Below, one piece after another: positions 6,840 to 10,346 of a stretch of DNA of 10,346 nucleotides; the first letter of the stretch is position 1; each line of letters starts with the position of its first letter. Location of the stretch: positions 1 to 10,346 of the forward strand of contig JBKPAK010000260.1 in NCBI GenBank assembly GCA_046726415.1, written 5' to 3'. The notes below the pieces were generated by a model, which saw only the letters and a list, made by a program, of their open reading frames with translations, searched no databases and was not told the origin of the DNA. Origin of the DNA: Candidatus Methylomirabilota bacterium. GTDB lineage: Bacteria > Methylomirabilota > Methylomirabilia > Rokubacteriales > CSP1-6. Position numbers and translations under genes: made by a program.

Positions 6840-9644
6840 GTGGTCGAACCTGACCTGCCGGCAAGCCGGGCGCAAGCTCTCCCCACCGGTACCCTCACCC
6901 TGCTCTTCAGCGGCGTAGAGGGCTCCACCGCCCTGCTCCAGCGGCTCGGCGCGCGCTACGCTGAAGTGCTGGACGAGCACCGGCGGCTGCTGCGGGCGGC
7001 GTTCCAAGGTCACGAGGGCCGGGAGGTGGACACCCAGGGTGATAGCTTCTTCGTGGCCTTCGCCCGCGCCACCGACGCTGTCGCCGCGGCCGTAGCGGCG
7101 CAGCGGGGGCTAGCGGAGCACCCCTGGCCGGATGGTGCGGCAGTGCGGGTCAGGATGGCGCTGCACACCGGCGAGCCGGCCCTGTGGGGTGGCGGCTACG
7201 TTGGCCTCGACGTCCACCGTGCGGCGCGCCTGGGCGCGGCCGGGCACGGTGGCCAGGTGCTGCTCTCCCAGGCGACGGCAGCCCTGGTGGCGCCCGAGCT
7301 GCCGGGTGGCGTGGGCATACGGGACCTCGGCGAGCACCGCCTGAAGGACCTGCCGCGGGCGGAGCACGTCTACCAGCTGGTCATCGACCGCCTGCCCGCC
7401 GATTTCGCACGGCTCCGGACGCTCGAGGTTCGACCTAACAACCTGCCGCTGCAGCGCAGCCCGCTCATCGGCCGGAAGCGGGAGCTTGCCACGGTCACGG
7501 AGCTCCTGAAGCGCGACGACGTTGGCCTGCTCACCCTGACCGGCCCCGGCGGGACCGGCAAAACCCGCCTGGCGCTCCAGGTCGGAGCCGAGCTGCTCGG
7601 CCCTTCGGCAGGCTCAGGACTCGAGGGCGGCGTGTTCTTCGTCGAGCTGGCTTCACTGGCCGACCCCGCGCTGGTCGTCTCGGCCATCGCTCAGGCGCTG
7701 GGGGTGCGCGAGGCCAGCGGGCGATCGCTGCTGGAGAGCCTGAAGGACTACGTGCGCGACAAGCGGCTGCTGCTGGTGCTGGACAACTTCGAGCATCTCC
7801 TCCAGGCCGCGCCCGTGGTGACGGAGCTGCTCGGCGCCGGCCCGGGGCTGAAGGTGCTGGTGACCAGCCGAGCGGTGCTACGCCTCTACGGCGAGCACGA
7901 CTACACCGTGCCGCCGCTCGATCTGCCCGCCCGTCAGCCACTGCCGCCCCTTGAGCGACTGACGCAGTCCGAGGCGGTGCGGTTGTTCATCGAGCGGGCG
8001 CAGGCGGTGAGGCCGGGCTTCGCCGTGACCGATGAGAACGCCCCGGCCGTGGTGGAAATCTGTCATCGGCTGGATGGGCTGCCGCTGGCGCTGGAGCTGG
8101 CGGCGGCCCGCGTGCGGGTGCTGCCGCCACAAGCGCTGTTGGGCCGATTGGAACATCGCCTGCCCCTTCTGACCGGTGGGGCGCGCGACCTGCCGGCTCG
8201 GCAACAGACCTTGCGCGACGCCATCGCCTGGAGCCACGACCTGCTGGACGAGGCGGAGCGGGTGCTATTCCGGCGGCTGGCGGTGTTCGCCGGCGGGTGC
8301 ACGCTCGAGGCGACGGAGGCTGTGTGTGGGAGCGACGTCCTGGATCGGCTAGCCTCGCTGGTGGACAAAAGCCTGCTGCAGCAGCGCGAGCAGGAGGGTG
8401 GCGAGCCGCGCTTTACGATGCTGGAGACGCTCCGTGAGTACGCGCTCGAGCGGCTGGAGGCGAGCGATGAGGCTGAAGCTATCCGGAGTCGACACCTTGG
8501 CCACTTCCTGGCGCTGGCGGAGCAGACGGAGCCGGAGCTGCGCGGGTCGGCGCAAGTTGCCGGGCTGGCACGGCTGGAGCGTGAGCACGACAACCTCCGG
8601 GCGGCGCTTGGTTGGAGTCAGAAAGAGGTGAAGGATGCAGAAAGTGGCCAGCGACTGGCCGGGGCCCTGTCATGGTTCTGGTCTCTCCACGGCCATTTCA
8701 GTGAGGGTCGTCGCTGGCTGCAGCAGACGCTCGCCTTGAGTGACGAGACATCCGCGTCCGTCCGAGCGAAGGCGCTCTACGGGTCGGGCCTACTGGCGGT
8801 CACTCAGGGGGAGTATGGACGGGCGGTGACGCTACATGAGCAGGCGCTTGCCCTGTCGCGGGAGGTCGGCGACCTCCAAGGGGTCGCTCGTGGACTCACC
8901 TTCCAGGGTGTCGCGGCGGAGCTTCAGGGCGACTCTCAGCGGGCGGCGGCACTGCTCGAAGAGGGCCTTGCCCGGTTCCGAGAGCTGGATGACGAGTGGA
9001 ACATCGCGCTGGCGCTCCGCAACCTGGGACGGGTGGCATTGCGTCAGGGCGACCATCAGCGCGCGACGGCGCTCAACGAAGAGAGCCTCGTGCTGTCTCG
9101 AAAGCTGGGTGACAAGTGGGCCCTCGCCTGGTCGCTCCATGACCTTGGACATGTGCTTCACAGTCAGGGCGACACTGTCCGGGCCACGGTCCTGCTGGAG
9201 GAGAGTCTGGTCCTACACAGAGAACTGGGCGACAAGCGAGGCACAGCCTGGGCGCTCAACAGCCTGGGTCGGTTTGCCCACCTTCGGGTTGACTATGGCC
9301 GAGCAACGGCACTCTACCGGGAGAGCCTACGTCTGCGACTCGAACTCGGCGAGAAGTCGGGCATCGCCGCATGTCTCGAAGGACTAGCCGGGTTAGCCGG
9401 AGCGCAGGGGCGCCAGGAGCGAGCCGCGTTGCTGTTCGGCGCCGCGGAGGCGCTGCGCGAGTCGATCAGCTGGCCGGTGAAGCACTTCGAACGCGCGGGC
9501 TACGAGCGACTCGCGGACCTGAACGCGATCCGGGCCGGTCTCGGGGAGGAGGCGTTCCGGGTTGCCTGGGCCGAGGGGCGAGTGATGCCGCTGGAGCAGG
9601 CCGTCGCCTACGCGCTGGAAGCGGGCAGCCCGCCAGAAGGATGA
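6840..9644 (+). CDS. Class III adenylate/guanylate cyclase-homology domain + NB-ARC-like STAND ATPase + TPR protein (934 aa)
   Basis: Cyclase fold motifs [59 protein letters not shown] and LGEHRLKDL. Then Walker A GPGGTGKT, Walker [36 protein letters not shown] and 40-aa TPR-like repeats. The GTG start has no clear SD and there is no C-terminal LuxR HTH. Confidence 0.93.
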   Translation: MVEPDLPASRAQALPTGTLTLLFSGVEGSTALLQRLGARYAEVLDEHRRLLRAAFQGHEGREVDTQGDSFFVAFARATDAVAAAVAAQRGLAEHPWPDGAAVRVRMALHTGEPALWGGGYVGLDVHRAARLGAAGHGGQVLLSQATAALVAPELPGGVGIRDLGEHRLKDLPRAEHVYQLVIDRLPADFARLRTLEVRPNNLPLQRSPLIGRKRELATVTELLKRDDVGLLTLTGPGGTGKTRLALQVGAELLGPSAGSGLEGGVFFVELASLADPALVVSAIAQALGVREASGRSLLESLKDYVRDKRLLLVLDNFEHLLQAAPVVTELLGAGPGLKVLVTSRAVLRLYGEHDYTVPPLDLPARQPLPPLERLTQSEAVRLFIERAQAVRPGFAVTDENAPAVVEICHRLDGLPLALELAAARVRVLPPQALLGRLEHRLPLLTGGARDLPARQQTLRDAIAWSHDLLDEAERVLFRRLAVFAGGCTLEATEAVCGSDVLDRLASLVDKSLLQQREQEGGEPRFTMLETLREYALERLEASDEAEAIRSRHLGHFLALAEQTEPELRGSAQVAGLARLEREHDNLRAALGWSQKEVKDAESGQRLAGALSWFWSLHGHFSEGRRWLQQTLALSDETSASVRAKALYGSGLLAVTQGEYGRAVTLHEQALALSREVGDLQGVARGLTFQGVAAELQGDSQRAAALLEEGLARFRELDDEWNIALALRNLGRVALRQGDHQRATALNEESLVLSRKLGDKWALAWSLHDLGHVLHSQGDTVRATVLLEESLVLHRELGDKRGTAWALNSLGRFAHLRVDYGRATALYRESLRLRLELGEKSGIAACLEGLAGLAGAQGRQERAALLFGAAEALRESISWPVKHFERAGYERLADLNAIRAGLGEEAFRVAWAEGRVMPLEQAVAYALEAGSPPEG
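8762..9470 (+). repeat. Five to six tandem 40-aa (120-bp period) TPR-like repeats
   Basis: Recurring pattern A.AL..LG......GD..RA..L.EESL.L.RELGD in the translation. Boundaries are approximate. Confidence 0.75.
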
Positions 9645-9684
9645 GCTTCAGCGGAGCATCATAGGGCCAGGTAGCACGTAGCCC

Positions 9685-9912
9685 TGTCCCTCGACAAAAC
9701 TCGGCCAATGGGCAAGTAGTTGATCTCTCAGCTCTGATCCGGGAGACAATCCCAGCTCGATGACTCTGCCACCTGCTTCGGCTCCTCCCCTTCCTCTTCG
9801 GCGGCTATCGCCAGCTCGCCATCGAGAACCTGGCTTTGCGCCACCAGCTCTCCGTCTACAAGCGGACGATGATGCGGCCCAAGCTTCGTACGTCGGACCG
9901 CCTTTTCTTCTC
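9685..9912 (+). mobile_element. Degenerate left end and N-terminal fragment of an integrase-core (IS481/IS3-like) transposase gene
   Basis: TGT-starting end TGTCCCTCGACAAAACTCG at 9685. ATG 9760 is out of frame with HLLRLLPFLFGGYRQLAIENLALRHQLSVYKRTMMRPKLRTSDRLFF (9770-9910), which resembles the 'LENLALRHQL...DRLFW' N-terminus of integrase-core transposases. Similarity then stops abruptly. Confidence 0.75.
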
Positions 9913-10214
9913 TGAAGCGGTTTGTCAAGAGCACTGCTTGTTGGTCGTATCAGCTCCTTCGCTCTGCGCCTCCTCCGTGAGGGCGATCAACGCGTGTGGG
10001 TCGTGCCCGCTGGGCGAGGTTTGTCATCCTTCTCTTCGCGCTGGCAGTGGCGAGTGGCGACTCGCCCGCGCATGATGGGGGTGCGATCGGGCGGCGGCGC
10101 CATCTGGGTCACGGCTCTCAACAGCAGCCAAGAAGAGGCTCGCGCTCACCGCCCATTCACCTCGTCTCACAGCTGAGCGGCCGATCAGTCTGCCCGTCCT
10201 CTTGCCGTCTAGGC

Positions 10215-10346
10215 TGTCCGGACTCGGAAAGGTGTTGACACTCGTGCGCTCCCAGAGTGGGGCATGGAGTTAGCTCGCCACCGCCGCGGCGCCCCAGAAG
10301 AGGTCGGCGGGCATGTGGCCGAGGAGCCGGTAGCCTTGGTGCGGCC
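10215..10346 (-). mobile_element. Right end of an IS481-family element (continues beyond window)
   Basis: The end reads TGTCCGGACTCGGAAAGGTGTTGACAC (IS481 ends are 5'-TGT...ACA-3') and lies next to a transposase C-terminus on the minus strand. Confidence 0.8.
10270..10346 (-). CDS. IS481-family transposase, C-terminal 24 aa (partial)
   Basis: Minus strand reads (R)PHQGYRLLGHMPADLFWGAAAVAS* (TAA 10272-10270), matching the RPHQG...TP C-terminal motif of IS481-type integrase cores. Confidence 0.78.
   Translation of the reverse strand, partial: PHQGYRLLGHMPADLFWGAAAVAS

Noticed and set aside
9728-9934. 68-aa minus-strand ORF
   Set aside because: It is antisense to the recognisable transposase N-terminal fragment on the plus strand.
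1-10346. CRISPR array, tRNA or rRNA
   Set aside because: No regularly spaced short repeats and no recognisable structural RNA gene signatures were seen.

Overview
High-GC accessory region with heavy IS scarring. The protein styles recall Candidatus Rokubacteria/Methylomirabilota, which is my recollection and not a search result. Left to right: (1) the 3' half and right end of an IS5/ISNCY-like DDE element, next to a CTAG; (2) a tightly packed minus-strand cluster of small genes that the ORF track largely misses: a frameshifted ~105-aa 'WLDSW..TPWRAVQ' protein, an RHH-like protein and a small hypothetical; (3) an orphan copy of a TPR C-terminal tail; (4) a cytochrome P450 split by one extra C in a C8 run; (5) an intact 1096-aa SARP/BTAD-AAA-TPR regulator whose 3' end shares an 81-bp perfect repeat with the orphan tail, so the P450 lies between direct repeats; (6) a divergent intergenic region with an 11-bp-spaced TTGACG repeat, then a small gene cut by an IS481 end remnant; (7) an intact 934-aa class III cyclase-NB-ARC-like-TPR protein lacking the first catalytic Asp; (8) a degenerate integrase-core IS left end and the 3' end of an IS481-family element at the window edge.
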